A stretch of DNA of 64,000 nucleotides. Origin: Candidatus Aminicenantes bacterium (GTDB lineage Bacteria; Acidobacteriota; Aminicenantia; Aminicenantales; UBA4085). The position numbers were made by a program, and so were the translations under genes. Location: assembly GCA_026393855.1 (NCBI GenBank), contig JAPKZJ010000065.1:4560-68559 (forward strand), written 5' to 3'. A model generated the notes under the pieces. That model saw nothing but the letters and a program-made list of their open reading frames with translations. It did no database searches and was not told where the DNA came from. How positions within the stretch are numbered: the stretch's first letter is position 1; each line of letters starts with the position of its first letter. Shown piece after piece: positions 18,126-28,424 of the stretch.

Positions 18126-19439
18126 ATGACCGCTTTCGAACGTTTTGCGCCTCGGGACAGCCGCTTCCTGCCCGAGGCCTTTTACAATCTCAAGGCCGAT
18201 CTGCCCATCGCACCCCAGCCCGCGCTTCATCCTGGGACCCGTCTTCCTCTATCGGCGTCCGACTGGGAGCCCGTCTTTGCCAAGGGGTTCGTGGCCCAGG
18301 AAATGAGCCTGGATCGATTCCTCGCCATCCCCGGCGACGTCCTGGAAGCTTATGCGACTTTCCGCCCGACCCCTCTCGTCTACGCATCGGGCCTGCGCCG
18401 GGCGTTGGATACTCCGGCCCATATCTTCTACAAGTCCGAGGCGGTCGGGCCGATGGGAAGCCACAAAAGCAACACGGCCCTGATGCAAGCCTGGCTGGCG
18501 GCCCGAGAGGGAATCGAGACGTTGGTCACCGAGACCGGGGCGGGCCAATGGGGGAGCGCCCTGGCCCACGCCGGGGCCCTGTTCGGCGTTAAGGTCCGAG
18601 TCTTCATGGTTCGGGTCAGCTACCGACAGAAGCCAGGTCGCCGGGTCTTGATGGAAATGTTCGGAGCGGACGTGGCCGAGAGCCCCAGCCCCCTGACCGA
18701 ATTCGGCCGGGCGCTTTTTTTGAAGGACCCCGATAATCCCGGCAGTCTAGGTATCGCCATCTCCGAAGCCTTGGAAACGGCGTTCAAAGGGCGGAACAGC
18801 CGATATGCCTTGGGCTCGGTGTTGGACGCCGTCCTCCTGCACCAGACCGTCATCGGACTCGAGGCGGAAGCCCAAACGGCGGCCATCGGCGCCCGTCCCG
18901 ACGTGATCATCGGATGTGCGGGCGGCGGGTCCAATTTCGGCGGCCTGGCCTTCCCGTTCGTCCGCCGCCGGATAACCGAAGGGGCCGATATCCGTTTCGT
19001 TGCGGCTGAACCGGAGGCCTGCCCGTCCTTGACTTGCGGGGAGCTGCGCTATGATCATGGCGACTCCGCGGGCCTGACGCCGCTTCTCCGGATGTATACC
19101 CTCGGCAAGGACTTCATGCCCGCCTCCATCCACGCCGGCGGCCTCCGTTACCACGGCATGGCCCCCTTGGTCAGCCATCTGGTCGAGCAGGGGATTGTCG
19201 AGCCCAAAGCTTACGGACAGGACAGGGTTTTCGATGCGGCGAATCTCTTCTTCCGCAGCGAGGGCGTCCTGCCGGCGCCCGAGTCCGCGCACGCGGTGGC
19301 GGCCGTGATCGACGAGGCATTGGAAGCCAAGCGCGAAGGACGGGAGCGAACGATCCTCTTCAATCTTTCCGGCCACGGCTTTCTCGACCTCAATGCCTAC
19401 CAGGCCTGTGGGAACGGGAGGACAGACGACTCAGCCTGA
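18126..19439 (+). CDS. TrpB-like pyridoxal-phosphate-dependent enzyme (tryptophan synthase beta chain-like, TrpB2 type)
   Basis: GGAGA lies 8 nt before ATG 18126. PLP-lysine context GPMGSHKSNTAL; TETGAGQWGSALA; GCAGGGSNFGGL. No trpA or other trp genes are adjacent. Confidence 0.85.
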   Translation: MTAFERFAPRDSRFLPEAFYNLKADLPIAPQPALHPGTRLPLSASDWEPVFAKGFVAQEMSLDRFLAIPGDVLEAYATFRPTPLVYASGLRRALDTPAHIFYKSEAVGPMGSHKSNTALMQAWLAAREGIETLVTETGAGQWGSALAHAGALFGVKVRVFMVRVSYRQKPGRRVLMEMFGADVAESPSPLTEFGRALFLKDPDNPGSLGIAISEALETAFKGRNSRYALGSVLDAVLLHQTVIGLEAEAQTAAIGARPDVIIGCAGGGSNFGGLAFPFVRRRITEGADIRFVAAEPEACPSLTCGELRYDHGDSAGLTPLLRMYTLGKDFMPASIHAGGLRYHGMAPLVSHLVEQGIVEPKAYGQDRVFDAANLFFRSEGVLPAPESAHAVAAVIDEALEAKREGRERTILFNLSGHGFLDLNAYQACGNGRTDDSA

Positions 19440-19484
19440 AGATCATCCTGCCGCAACTCGAATTCCGAACCCGCCCGGGCTATA

Positions 19485-20276
19485 ATGACCGTCGACCGGC
19501 CGAAGGCCGCGAATAAGGAAAATGCCGTGCACCGATCCGGACCGTCTCCGAAGAAAATGGCTGCCGATATCGTCGCCCGTCTCGCGAGTGGGGGAGACCC
19601 AGTCCACGCGGCGGGGGCTCATCGCTATTTCCGCGAGCAGGTGGAGTTCTACGGCTGGACGACGCCCCGCATGCGCGCCCTGGTGGCGGAGATCTACGCC
19701 GAGGTGCGCTCCTCGTGGTCACTAGCCGATGCCCTAGCCCTGGCCGAAATCCTGCTGCCCCGACAGAAATTCGAAGCCAAGGCGGTCGGCATTCTCATCC
19801 TTCTCAAGTTCAAGAAGGACTTTGGGCCGGCCGAATTCCGGAAGATTAAAGCCTGGCTGGCCAAGGACTACTGCAACAACTGGGCTTCCGTGGACAGCCT
19901 TTGTCCGGAAGGCCTGGGCGGACTGATCGGGACGCATCCCGCCCTGGCGGACGAGATCCTTCAATGGACCAGCCATGGCAACCGCTGGGTCAGGCGGGGG
20001 TCGATTGTCGCTTTCATCGGGCTGACCCGGCGCGGCCGATTCCTGGATCAGGCCTATGTCGTGGCCGCGGCGATGCTGGGAACCGACGACGATCTCCTGC
20101 AGAAGGCCACGGGATGGATGTTGCGGGAAGCCGGGAAAGCCGACGCGCCTCGACTCAAAAAGTTTCTTCTGGCCAACGGCCCGGCCATCCCCCGGACCAC
20201 CCTCCGCTACGCCATCGAACGCTTTCCGGAGGCCGAGCGCAAAGCGCTTCTGGCCGCGACTAAGTCCCATGTGTGA
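19485..20276 (+). CDS. DNA alkylation repair protein (AlkD/HEAT-repeat family)
   Basis: HRYFREQVEFYGWTTPRMRAL...NNWASVDSLCPE...WVRRGSIVAF...GWMLREAGK. The start is uncertain: TATAAT overlaps ATG 19485, and alternatives are GTG 19527 (after AAGGA) or ATG 19557. Confidence 0.7.
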   Translation: MTVDRPKAANKENAVHRSGPSPKKMAADIVARLASGGDPVHAAGAHRYFREQVEFYGWTTPRMRALVAEIYAEVRSSWSLADALALAEILLPRQKFEAKAVGILILLKFKKDFGPAEFRKIKAWLAKDYCNNWASVDSLCPEGLGGLIGTHPALADEILQWTSHGNRWVRRGSIVAFIGLTRRGRFLDQAYVVAAAMLGTDDDLLQKATGWMLREAGKADAPRLKKFLLANGPAIPRTTLRYAIERFPEAERKALLAATKSHV

Positions 20277-21594
20277 CACCATCGTCGCTCTGGGCGAGAC
20301 GACCTCGGACGGGGCGACGCTGTTTGCCAAGAACTCCGACCGCGAGCCCAACGAGGCCCATGTCATTCTGCGCGTTCCGGCCGCCCGCCATGCCTCGGGC
20401 GAGCGGGTTCATTGCACTTACATCGATGTCCCCCAGGTCGAGGAGACGTTCGAGATCCTGCTGGCCAAGCCGTTCTGGATCTGGGGTGGGGAGATGGGCG
20501 CCAACGAGCACGGCGTCGTGATCGGCAATGAAGCCGTGTTCACCAGAGTTCCTTACGATAAGACCCCCGGCCTGATCGGGATGGACTTCCTGCGCCTGGC
20601 TCTGGAGAGGAGCCGGACGGCGGCCGAGGCCCGCGATGTAATCACGGCGCTGCTGGCCCGCCACGGGCAGGGAGGCAACTGCGGATTCCGTCACAAAACC
20701 TACTACCATAACAGCTTTCTCCTTGCCGACCCGAAAGAGGCCTGGGTGCTGGAGACAGCGGGCCGCGAGTGGGCGGCTGTGAAGGTGCGGGACATCCGTT
20801 CGATCTCCAATGGGTTGACGATCGGGAGCGAGTACGATCTGGCCTCGCCCGGCCTGGTCGAGACCGCGGCGAAGCGCGGTTGGACTAAGCGCGGCCGGGC
20901 CTTCGATTTCGCCCGCGACTATTCCGACGCCGTCTTTACCCGTTTCAGCCGCTGCCGCGAACGACGCTGCCGGACAGAGGAGCTGCTGCGGGGCGCGCGA
21001 GGCCGGATCGACGTCGCGGCGATGATGAACGTCCTGCGCGATCATGGGGCCGGCGCAGGTTCGGGCTGGTCTCCCTCGCGCGGCCTGGCCGGCTTTACGG
21101 TTTGCGCCCATGCCGGGTTCGGCCCGATCCGGTCCACGGGGACTACGGGCTCGATGGTGTCGCATCTTCTTCCCGGCGCCCAGACACATTTCTTGACGGG
21201 GACCGCCGCGCCGTGCACAAGCTTGTTCAAGCCGGTTTGGCTGGGCGGCCGTTGGATGCCCGTCGAGCCGGTTCCGGAAGGGACTTATAACGCGGCGACC
21301 CTCTTCTGGAGGCACGAATCCCTCCATCGGGCCATCCTGCGGGATTATCCGACTCGCGCTCCGATCGGCCGAGCCGAACGAGTCGAGATCGAGGGGCGAT
21401 TCATTCGGGAAGCGCTGGCTTGCATTCCGGCCGGGCGGGAAGCCCTGACGCAACGCTCCTTCTCCGAAGCGGACGAGTTCGAGTCTCGTTGGCTCGACTC
21501 CATCGGGAAGCCCGAGGCACGCCGCTACCCTGGCGCGTTGTACGGCGCCGCATGGCGCGGATTCGACCGCCGGGCAAAAATGCCGAAGCCCTGA
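20269..21594 (+). CDS. C69-family / secernin-like Ntn-hydrolase dipeptidase
   Basis: N-terminal nucleophile context MCDTIVALGETTSDGATLFAKNSDREPNEAH. Start ATG 20269 overlaps the upstream stop (ATGTGTGA). The upstream 71 codons of the track ORF overlap the AlkD frame and were rejected. Confidence 0.65.
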   Translation: MCDTIVALGETTSDGATLFAKNSDREPNEAHVILRVPAARHASGERVHCTYIDVPQVEETFEILLAKPFWIWGGEMGANEHGVVIGNEAVFTRVPYDKTPGLIGMDFLRLALERSRTAAEARDVITALLARHGQGGNCGFRHKTYYHNSFLLADPKEAWVLETAGREWAAVKVRDIRSISNGLTIGSEYDLASPGLVETAAKRGWTKRGRAFDFARDYSDAVFTRFSRCRERRCRTEELLRGARGRIDVAAMMNVLRDHGAGAGSGWSPSRGLAGFTVCAHAGFGPIRSTGTTGSMVSHLLPGAQTHFLTGTAAPCTSLFKPVWLGGRWMPVEPVPEGTYNAATLFWRHESLHRAILRDYPTRAPIGRAERVEIEGRFIREALACIPAGREALTQRSFSEADEFESRWLDSIGKPEARRYPGALYGAAWRGFDRRAKMPKP

Positions 21595-21709
21595 CTTTAG
21601 CTTGGATCTTACCCCAAGCCGCAGACTCGGAGATAGGAGAAGAGCCTTTAACCCCGGCCGGTCATCTCGTATAATGAAGACTGTTCGAAACGAGAGAGGC
21701 AAATCCGTC

Positions 21710-22147
21710 ATGGCCGACAAAATCAATGTCTCCTGTCTCAAGTGCGGCGCCACGAACGCCTATCCGACCGGCGACTCCGCCCGCAAAGTCGTCTGCGGCC
21801 GATGCAAGACTCCTTTGCCCCAGCCCGGCCGCGTTCTGGAGCTGGAACCCGAGCAAGTCGTCACCTTGATCCAGAACGCCAAAATGCCCCTGCTGATCGA
21901 TTTTTCCTCGCCGACCTGCATGCCGTGCCATATGATGCAACCCGTCGTGGAGGGCCTGGCGCTGCGGCGGGCCGGAAACCTGGTGGTCGTCAAGGTCGAG
22001 ACCGACGCCAACCGGGAGCTGGCCGCGGCCTTTAAGATCAAAGCCGTTCCCACCTTTATCGTCCTGAAGAACGGGTTCGAACGGGGCCGGACGACCGGGG
22101 CCATGAACGAGACGGATTTTTCCCTCTGGGTCGCCTCAAAAGAGTAG
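21710..22147 (+). CDS. thioredoxin with N-terminal zinc-finger (Trx2-like), active site CMPC
   Basis: CLKCGATN...CGRCKTPL zinc ribbon, followed by a thioredoxin fold (LLIDFSSPTCMPCHMM...AVPTFIVLKNG). GAGAGAGG lies before ATG 21710. Confidence 0.8.
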   Translation: MADKINVSCLKCGATNAYPTGDSARKVVCGRCKTPLPQPGRVLELEPEQVVTLIQNAKMPLLIDFSSPTCMPCHMMQPVVEGLALRRAGNLVVVKVETDANRELAAAFKIKAVPTFIVLKNGFERGRTTGAMNETDFSLWVASKE

Positions 22148-22169
22148 CGATCCGCGTTCCCGCCGGTTC

Positions 22170-22199
22170 TTGACACATCCCCATCGGGGTGAATATGCT
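22170..22199 (+). promoter_or_regulatory. candidate sigma70 promoter TTGACA-N18-TATGCT upstream of the second S9 peptidase
   Basis: Hexamers read from the sequence. An AGGAGG RBS follows at 22255-22260. Confidence 0.35.
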
Positions 22200-22267
22200 T
22201 CCGTCCTATCCGCGCCCCGGAATCCAATCGTATTTGGGGAGCGGTGACAATTTTTAGGAGGCTGCTC

Positions 22268-24649
22268 ATGGACAAGCGCTCGATCCGTAACCTATGCCCA
22301 ATCCTCATCGTTCTGGCGCTTCTGGCCGTCGCGACGGCTTCGGCCCAAACGCCCTGGCGCCCGGCCGCTTTGACCGCCGCCGACTACGCCAAGGCCGAAA
22401 AGATGACGGCCGCGAACCTGGCTCCTCTTGTCCTGCGGATGGGCGTGCGGCCGGCTTGGCTGGCCGGCGATCGATTCTGGTACCGCGTCGCCGTCGCCGC
22501 CGACGCCTCCTCGTTCGTCCTGGTTGATCCGGCCAAGAAGCGCAAGGGGCCGGCTTTCGACGCGGTCAAGCTCGCCGTTGCCCTGTCCAAGGCAACGGGC
22601 AAGAACTACGACTCGGCTCGTTTGCCGTTCACGTCCATCGAGCTTTCGCCCGACGGGGGGAAGGTCACATTCACGGCTGAGGGCAAGCGCTGGGCGTTCA
22701 CCGCGAAGCCGGAGGCGTTAAAAGAGGAGACAGGCGCCGCGCCTGCCGCCGCCGCTCCCGGCCCGGGAGCCGGATTTGGCGGTTCGGCCACGACCTCGCC
22801 CGACGGCAAATTGTCGGCTTTCATCCGCAACGACAACCTGTGGCTGAAGGAGACGGCCACCGGGACCGAGCGTCCGCTGACGAACGATGGCGTCAAGGAT
22901 TTCGGGTACGCCACCGACAACGCCGGCTGGACCCGCAGCGATCGCCCGGTTCTGCTGTGGTCGCCCGACTCGAAGAAGATCGCCACTTTCCAGCAGGATC
23001 AGCGCGGAGTGGGGGAGATGTACCTGGTCGAGACCAAGGTCGGGCATCCCGTCCTGCAAGCCTGGAAATACCCCCTGCCCGGCGACCCCGTCGTCACGAC
23101 GATCCAGCGGGTCATCATCGCCATCGACGGCCCCAAGGTCGTCCGGCTCCAGATTCCCCCCGATCAGCATCGCTCCACTTTCAGCGACGACATCAAGGGA
23201 CGCGGCGGCGCCTTGGGCGACGCGGAGTGGACGCCCGACAGCAAGCGGCTGATCTTCGTCTCTTCGTCACGCGATCACAAGAAGGCCTGGGTCCGTTCGG
23301 CCGATCCCGAAACAGGCGCGGTCAAGGAGCTCTTCGAGGAGACCGCGGCCACTTACTTCGAGTCCGGGCACAGCGGGTCCCTCTGGCGCTTGCTGGGCGC
23401 GTCCAACGAGATTCTGTGGTTCTCGGAGCGCAGCGGCTGGGGGCAGATGTATCTCTATGACGCCGCCACGGGCAAGCTGAAGAACGCCGTCACGTCCGGC
23501 GAAGGGCTCGTCACCCTGATCGTGCGAATCGATGAAAAAGCCCGGCGGATCTTCTTCCTGGCCCAGGGCCGGGAGAAGGGCCGGGATCCCTACTTCCGGC
23601 ATCTCTACCGGGTCGGGCTGGACGGGAAAGGCCTGACGCTCCTCACGCCGGATGACGCCGATCACGAGGTCACCCTCGCGCCGTCCGGTAAATATCTGGT
23701 GGATGCCGCCTCGAAGCCAGACGTCGCGCCGACGACCACCCTGCGCGACGCCGACGGCAAGCTCCTCCTGACTCTGGAGAAGGCCGACATCGCGCCGCTC
23801 CTGGCCTCGGGCTGGAAGCCCTGCACCCCGTTCACCGTCAAGGCGCGCGACGTTATGACCGACATCTACGGTCTGATGTTCCGGCCGACGGATTTCGACG
23901 CCAATAAGAAATACCCCATCGTGGTCAGCATCTACCCCGGCCCGCAGTCCGGCTCGATCGGCGGCCGTTCGTTCGCGCCCGTCCGGGGCGACACCCAGTC
24001 GCTGGCCGAGCTCGGGTTCATCGTCGTCCAGATCGACGGCATGGGCACGCCCGGCCGGTCCAAGGCCTTCCACGACGCCTACTACGCCAACATGGGCGAC
24101 AACACTCTGCCCGACCAGGTGGCGGCGATCAAGCAATTGGCCGCGCAGTATCCCTGGATCGACATCGACCGGGTCGGGATCTACGGCCATTCGGGCGGCG
24201 GGTATGCCACGTGCGACGCCATGTTCCGCTACCCCGACTTCTTCAAGGTCGGGGTGTCTCAAGCCGGTAACCACGATCAGCGCGAATACGAGGACGACTG
24301 GGGTGAAAAGTGGCAGGGCCTGCTGACCAAGAACGCCGACGGGACGACGAGCTACGACGATCAGGCCAACCAGAACCATGCCGCCAAGCTTAAGGGCAAG
24401 CTCCTGTTGGCCCACGGCACGACGGACGGCAACGTGCCGCCCTACAACACCCTGCTGGTCGTCGACGCCCTGATCAAGGCCAACAAGGACTTCGACCTGA
24501 TCCTGTTCCCCAACCGCAGCCACGGCTTCGGCGGCGAAGCCTACATGGTGCGCCGGCGCTGGGATTACTTCGTCAAGAACCTGCTGGGCGCGGAACCGCC
24601 CAAGGAGTACACGATCAAGCCGGCCGCCCCGCGCGGCCCGGGCCGCTGA
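22268..24649 (+). CDS. S9 family serine peptidase, dipeptidyl-peptidase IV type (paralog of 10996..13683)
   Basis: AGGAGG RBS. Signal peptide MDKRSIRNLCPILIVLALLAVATASAQ. GIYGHSGGGY (Ser), LLLAHGTTDGNVPP (Asp), FPNRSHGF (His). Confidence 0.85.
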   Translation: MDKRSIRNLCPILIVLALLAVATASAQTPWRPAALTAADYAKAEKMTAANLAPLVLRMGVRPAWLAGDRFWYRVAVAADASSFVLVDPAKKRKGPAFDAVKLAVALSKATGKNYDSARLPFTSIELSPDGGKVTFTAEGKRWAFTAKPEALKEETGAAPAAAAPGPGAGFGGSATTSPDGKLSAFIRNDNLWLKETATGTERPLTNDGVKDFGYATDNAGWTRSDRPVLLWSPDSKKIATFQQDQRGVGEMYLVETKVGHPVLQAWKYPLPGDPVVTTIQRVIIAIDGPKVVRLQIPPDQHRSTFSDDIKGRGGALGDAEWTPDSKRLIFVSSSRDHKKAWVRSADPETGAVKELFEETAATYFESGHSGSLWRLLGASNEILWFSERSGWGQMYLYDAATGKLKNAVTSGEGLVTLIVRIDEKARRIFFLAQGREKGRDPYFRHLYRVGLDGKGLTLLTPDDADHEVTLAPSGKYLVDAASKPDVAPTTTLRDADGKLLLTLEKADIAPLLASGWKPCTPFTVKARDVMTDIYGLMFRPTDFDANKKYPIVVSIYPGPQSGSIGGRSFAPVRGDTQSLAELGFIVVQIDGMGTPGRSKAFHDAYYANMGDNTLPDQVAAIKQLAAQYPWIDIDRVGIYGHSGGGYATCDAMFRYPDFFKVGVSQAGNHDQREYEDDWGEKWQGLLTKNADGTTSYDDQANQNHAAKLKGKLLLAHGTTDGNVPPYNTLLVVDALIKANKDFDLILFPNRSHGFGGEAYMVRRRWDYFVKNLLGAEPPKEYTIKPAAPRGPGR

Positions 24650-24670
24650 AATCAGGCGATCACAAGCGCA

Positions 24671-24697
24671 CCTCTCCGGTCGCTTGGACCGGGGAGG
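24671..24697. terminator. 11-bp stem hairpin between the convergent S9 peptidase gene and tRNA-Leu (possible bidirectional terminator, no U-tract)
   Basis: cctctccggtc-gcttg-gaccggggagg (one G.U pair). Confidence 0.4.
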
Positions 24698-24705
24698 AAG
24701 GGGAA

Positions 24706-24792
24706 TGCCGAAGAGGGGACTCGAACCCCTACGAGCGGGTAAGGCTCACTAGCCCCTCAAGCTAGCGTGTCTGCCAATTCCACCACTTCGGC
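24706..24792 (-). tRNA. tRNA-Leu (anticodon GAG), type II with long variable arm, no encoded CCA
   Basis: The reverse complement reads GCCGAAGTGGTGGAATTGGCAGACACGCTAGCTTGAGGGGCTAGTGAGCCTTACCCGCTCGTAGGGGTTCGAGTCCCCTCTTCGGCA. Acceptor stem GCCGAAG/CTTCGGC; anticodon stem CTAGC/GCTAG with loop TTGAGGG; T-loop GGTTCGAGTCC. Confidence 0.88.
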
Positions 24793-24808
24793 ATTTGCCG
24801 CCAGGCGT

Positions 24809-25282
24809 TTATTTCTTGGGCGCCGGCTGGGGAGCAGGCTGACCCGAGGAGGGCGTGGTCGTCACGGGAGCCGCCGGGGCTTTGGCGGCCGGGGGCTTTA
24901 CCGCGGCCTTGTCGGCCGGTTTGTCGGCGGGCGTCTTGGCGCCGGCCGCGTTGGCGTCCGTTTTGACGGCCGGAGGCTTGGCCGCGGGCGTCATGGGCGC
25001 TTCGTTGGTCTTCTGGGCCGGGGCCTGAACGCCGCTGACGGCGGATTTGCCCTCGTGGCCCGACAGGATCCAAAGGCCGAGCGATGTGACCATGAATAGG
25101 ACGGCGCTGATCGTCGTCACTTTGGACATCAACGAAGCCTGGCCCCGGGGCCCGAACGCGGTGGCGCTGCCGCCGCCGCCGAAGGCGCCGGCGAGGTCGG
25201 CCGCCTTTCCGGATTGGAGCAGAACGGCCAGGATCAGGACGATGCAAATGATCACGTGGATGGCTGTCAATAACGCGGTCAC
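24809..25282 (-). CDS. secG: preprotein translocase subunit SecG with long Pro/Ala/Lys-rich C-terminal tail
   Basis: [47 protein letters not shown]...VLFMVTSLGLWIL. GTG start at 25282 overlaps the tpiA stop (GTGA). The track ORF extension to 25381 overlaps tpiA and was rejected. Confidence 0.8.
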   Translation of the reverse strand: MTALLTAIHVIICIVLILAVLLQSGKAADLAGAFGGGGSATAFGPRGQASLMSKVTTISAVLFMVTSLGLWILSGHEGKSAVSGVQAPAQKTNEAPMTPAAKPPAVKTDANAAGAKTPADKPADKAAVKPPAAKAPAAPVTTTPSSGQPAPQPAPKK

Positions 25283-26064
25283 TGGACTTCCTTGTACGCC
25301 TTTACGGCCTCTTCCGCGATGCGGATAAAGCTCTCCGCTTCGAGGGATGCCCCACCGACGAGGAACCCGTCGATGTCCCATTCTTTGAACAGGGAATAAG
25401 CATTGGCGGGCTTTACCGACCCGCCGTAGAGGATAATAGCATAATCGGCCGGCCCATTTCCAGCCCTTTCTGACAGACGGCTTCGGACGAAGGCATGGAC
25501 TTCTTCGGCCTGTTCCGGGGTCGCCGTCCGCCCCGTGCCGATAGCCCAGACGGGCTCGTAGGCCAGGACGATCCGGTCAAACTGATCCGCTCCGATGCCT
25601 TCCAGGCCGGCTGCGAGCTGGCGGCCGACGACTTCAAACGTCCGGCCCGCTTCCCGCTCCTCGAGGGTCTCCCCGAAGCAGAAAATCGGCCGTAGGCTGC
25701 CTTTCAGCGCAGCCCGCATCTTGCGATTGACGGCCTCGTCGGTCTCGCCGAAGAGCTGCCGCCGTTCGGAATGGCCGACGACGACATAACGGCATCCGGC
25801 ATCAGCGAGCATCGGGGCCGAAACCTCGCCCGTGAACGCGCCTTGATCCTCCCAGTGGAGATTTTGGGCGCCTAATCCGACGGCGGTTCCGGCCAGGAGC
25901 CGGGCCAGACCGGCGAGCGCGGTGTAGGGCGGAAGAATGACGATCTCGGCAGGCTTGAGGCCGGGCGCCGCGTCGCGGACCGCGCCGGCCAAAACAGCGG
26001 CTTCCGGAAGGGTTTTGTACATCTTCCAATTGCCGGCGATGAACGGGGCCGTGCGGCGGCGCAT
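25279..26064 (-). CDS. tpiA: triose-phosphate isomerase
   Basis: [18 protein letters not shown]...VVGHSERR...[11 protein letters not shown]...ILYGGSV. Start ATG 26064 lies 1 nt after the pgk stop codon. Confidence 0.9.
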   Translation of the reverse strand: MRRRTAPFIAGNWKMYKTLPEAAVLAGAVRDAAPGLKPAEIVILPPYTALAGLARLLAGTAVGLGAQNLHWEDQGAFTGEVSAPMLADAGCRYVVVGHSERRQLFGETDEAVNRKMRAALKGSLRPIFCFGETLEEREAGRTFEVVGRQLAAGLEGIGADQFDRIVLAYEPVWAIGTGRTATPEQAEEVHAFVRSRLSERAGNGPADYAIILYGGSVKPANAYSLFKEWDIDGFLVGGASLEAESFIRIAEEAVKAYKEVQ

Positions 26065-26065
26065 G

Positions 26066-27250
26066 TCAGGCTTTCTTTTCCAGGGCTTCGATCCCCGGCA
26101 GGGTCCGGTTGGCCACGAACTCGAGGCTGGCCCCGCCGCCCGTGGAGATATGAGTGATTTTGGAGCTGACGCCGGCCTTGTCGACCGCGGCGATGGAATC
26201 CCCGCCGCCGATGATCGAGACGGCGCCCGAGGCAGCGACCGCCTCGGCGACCTTGATGGTGCCCTGGGCAAAAGCCGGCACTTCGAACACGCCCAGCGGG
26301 CCGTTCCAGAAGATGGTCTTGGCCTTGGCGATGATGCCGGCATAAAGGGCGATGGTCTTGGGGCCGATATCGACGCCCATGAGCTCGGCCGGGTAGGGGA
26401 ACGTTTCCTGCACCTTCTCCACGACGCCCGACTCGATGGATTTGGTCATTAAATTGTCGACCGGGAGCAGGAATTGAATCCCTTCCTGCGCGGCTTTCTT
26501 CAGAATGTCCTTGGCGACATCGACCTTGTCGGGCTCGACGAGCGAGGTGCCGACCTGGCGGCCTTGGGCCAGGAAGAAAGTGTAAGCCATGGCACCGCCG
26601 ATGAGGATGGTGTCGGCCTTGTCCAGGAGCGTTTCGATGACCGGGATCTTGTCCTCGGTCTTGGCCCCGCCCAGGATGGCCACGTAAGGCTTGGCCGGGT
26701 TGACGATGGCCTTGCGCAGGTTGTCGACTTCCTTCTTCATCAGGTAGCCGGCCGCGGCGACGGGGACGAAATCGACGATCCCGACGACCGAGGCATGGGC
26801 CCGGTGGCTGGAGCCGAAGGCGTCGTTGATGAAGATATCGACGCCCTCGGCCAGGGCCTTGGAGAGAGCCGGGTCGTTCTTGGTTTCGCCGGGGTGGAAG
26901 CGAACGTTTTCGAGCAGCAGGGCCTGGCCTTCCTTGAGCGAAGCCTTGAGGGCGTCCACTTCGGGCCCGATGAGGTCGGGCGCCATGATGACGTCCCGGC
27001 CGATGAGTTCGGACAAGCGGGCGGCCACCGGCTTGAGGCTCATCTTCGGATCGGGCTTGCCCTTGGGCCGGCCCAGGTGGGAGGCCAGAATGAGCTTGGC
27101 GCCTTTGCTTAAAAGGTAGGTGATGGTCGGCAGAGAGGCCTTGATGCGCTTATCGTTACGGATCGTCCCGTCTTCGTTCAGGGGGACGTTGAAGTCCACC
27201 CGCAGGAAGACGGTCTTGCCTTTGACGTCCAGGTCCTCGATGAACCGCAT
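26066..27250 (-). CDS. pgk: phosphoglycerate kinase
   Basis: MRFIEDLDVKGKTVFLRVDFNVPL...ILASHLGRPKG...GGAKTEDKI...STGGGASLEF. Confidence 0.92.
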   Translation of the reverse strand: MRFIEDLDVKGKTVFLRVDFNVPLNEDGTIRNDKRIKASLPTITYLLSKGAKLILASHLGRPKGKPDPKMSLKPVAARLSELIGRDVIMAPDLIGPEVDALKASLKEGQALLLENVRFHPGETKNDPALSKALAEGVDIFINDAFGSSHRAHASVVGIVDFVPVAAAGYLMKKEVDNLRKAIVNPAKPYVAILGGAKTEDKIPVIETLLDKADTILIGGAMAYTFFLAQGRQVGTSLVEPDKVDVAKDILKKAAQEGIQFLLPVDNLMTKSIESGVVEKVQETFPYPAELMGVDIGPKTIALYAGIIAKAKTIFWNGPLGVFEVPAFAQGTIKVAEAVAASGAVSIIGGGDSIAAVDKAGVSSKITHISTGGGASLEFVANRTLPGIEALEKKA

Positions 27251-27255
27251 GCTCG

Positions 27256-28377
<1,122 letters not shown>

Positions 28378-28424
28378 CTAAGAGGCCTTCAGCGGCTACC
28401 GCATGACTTGAAAAGCCAGAAATA

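Noticed and set aside
24809-25381. 190-aa version of the secG ORF
   Set aside because: The first 33 codons overlap the tpiA C-terminus. The GTG at 25282, overlapping the tpiA stop (GTGA), gives the conserved SecG N-terminus.
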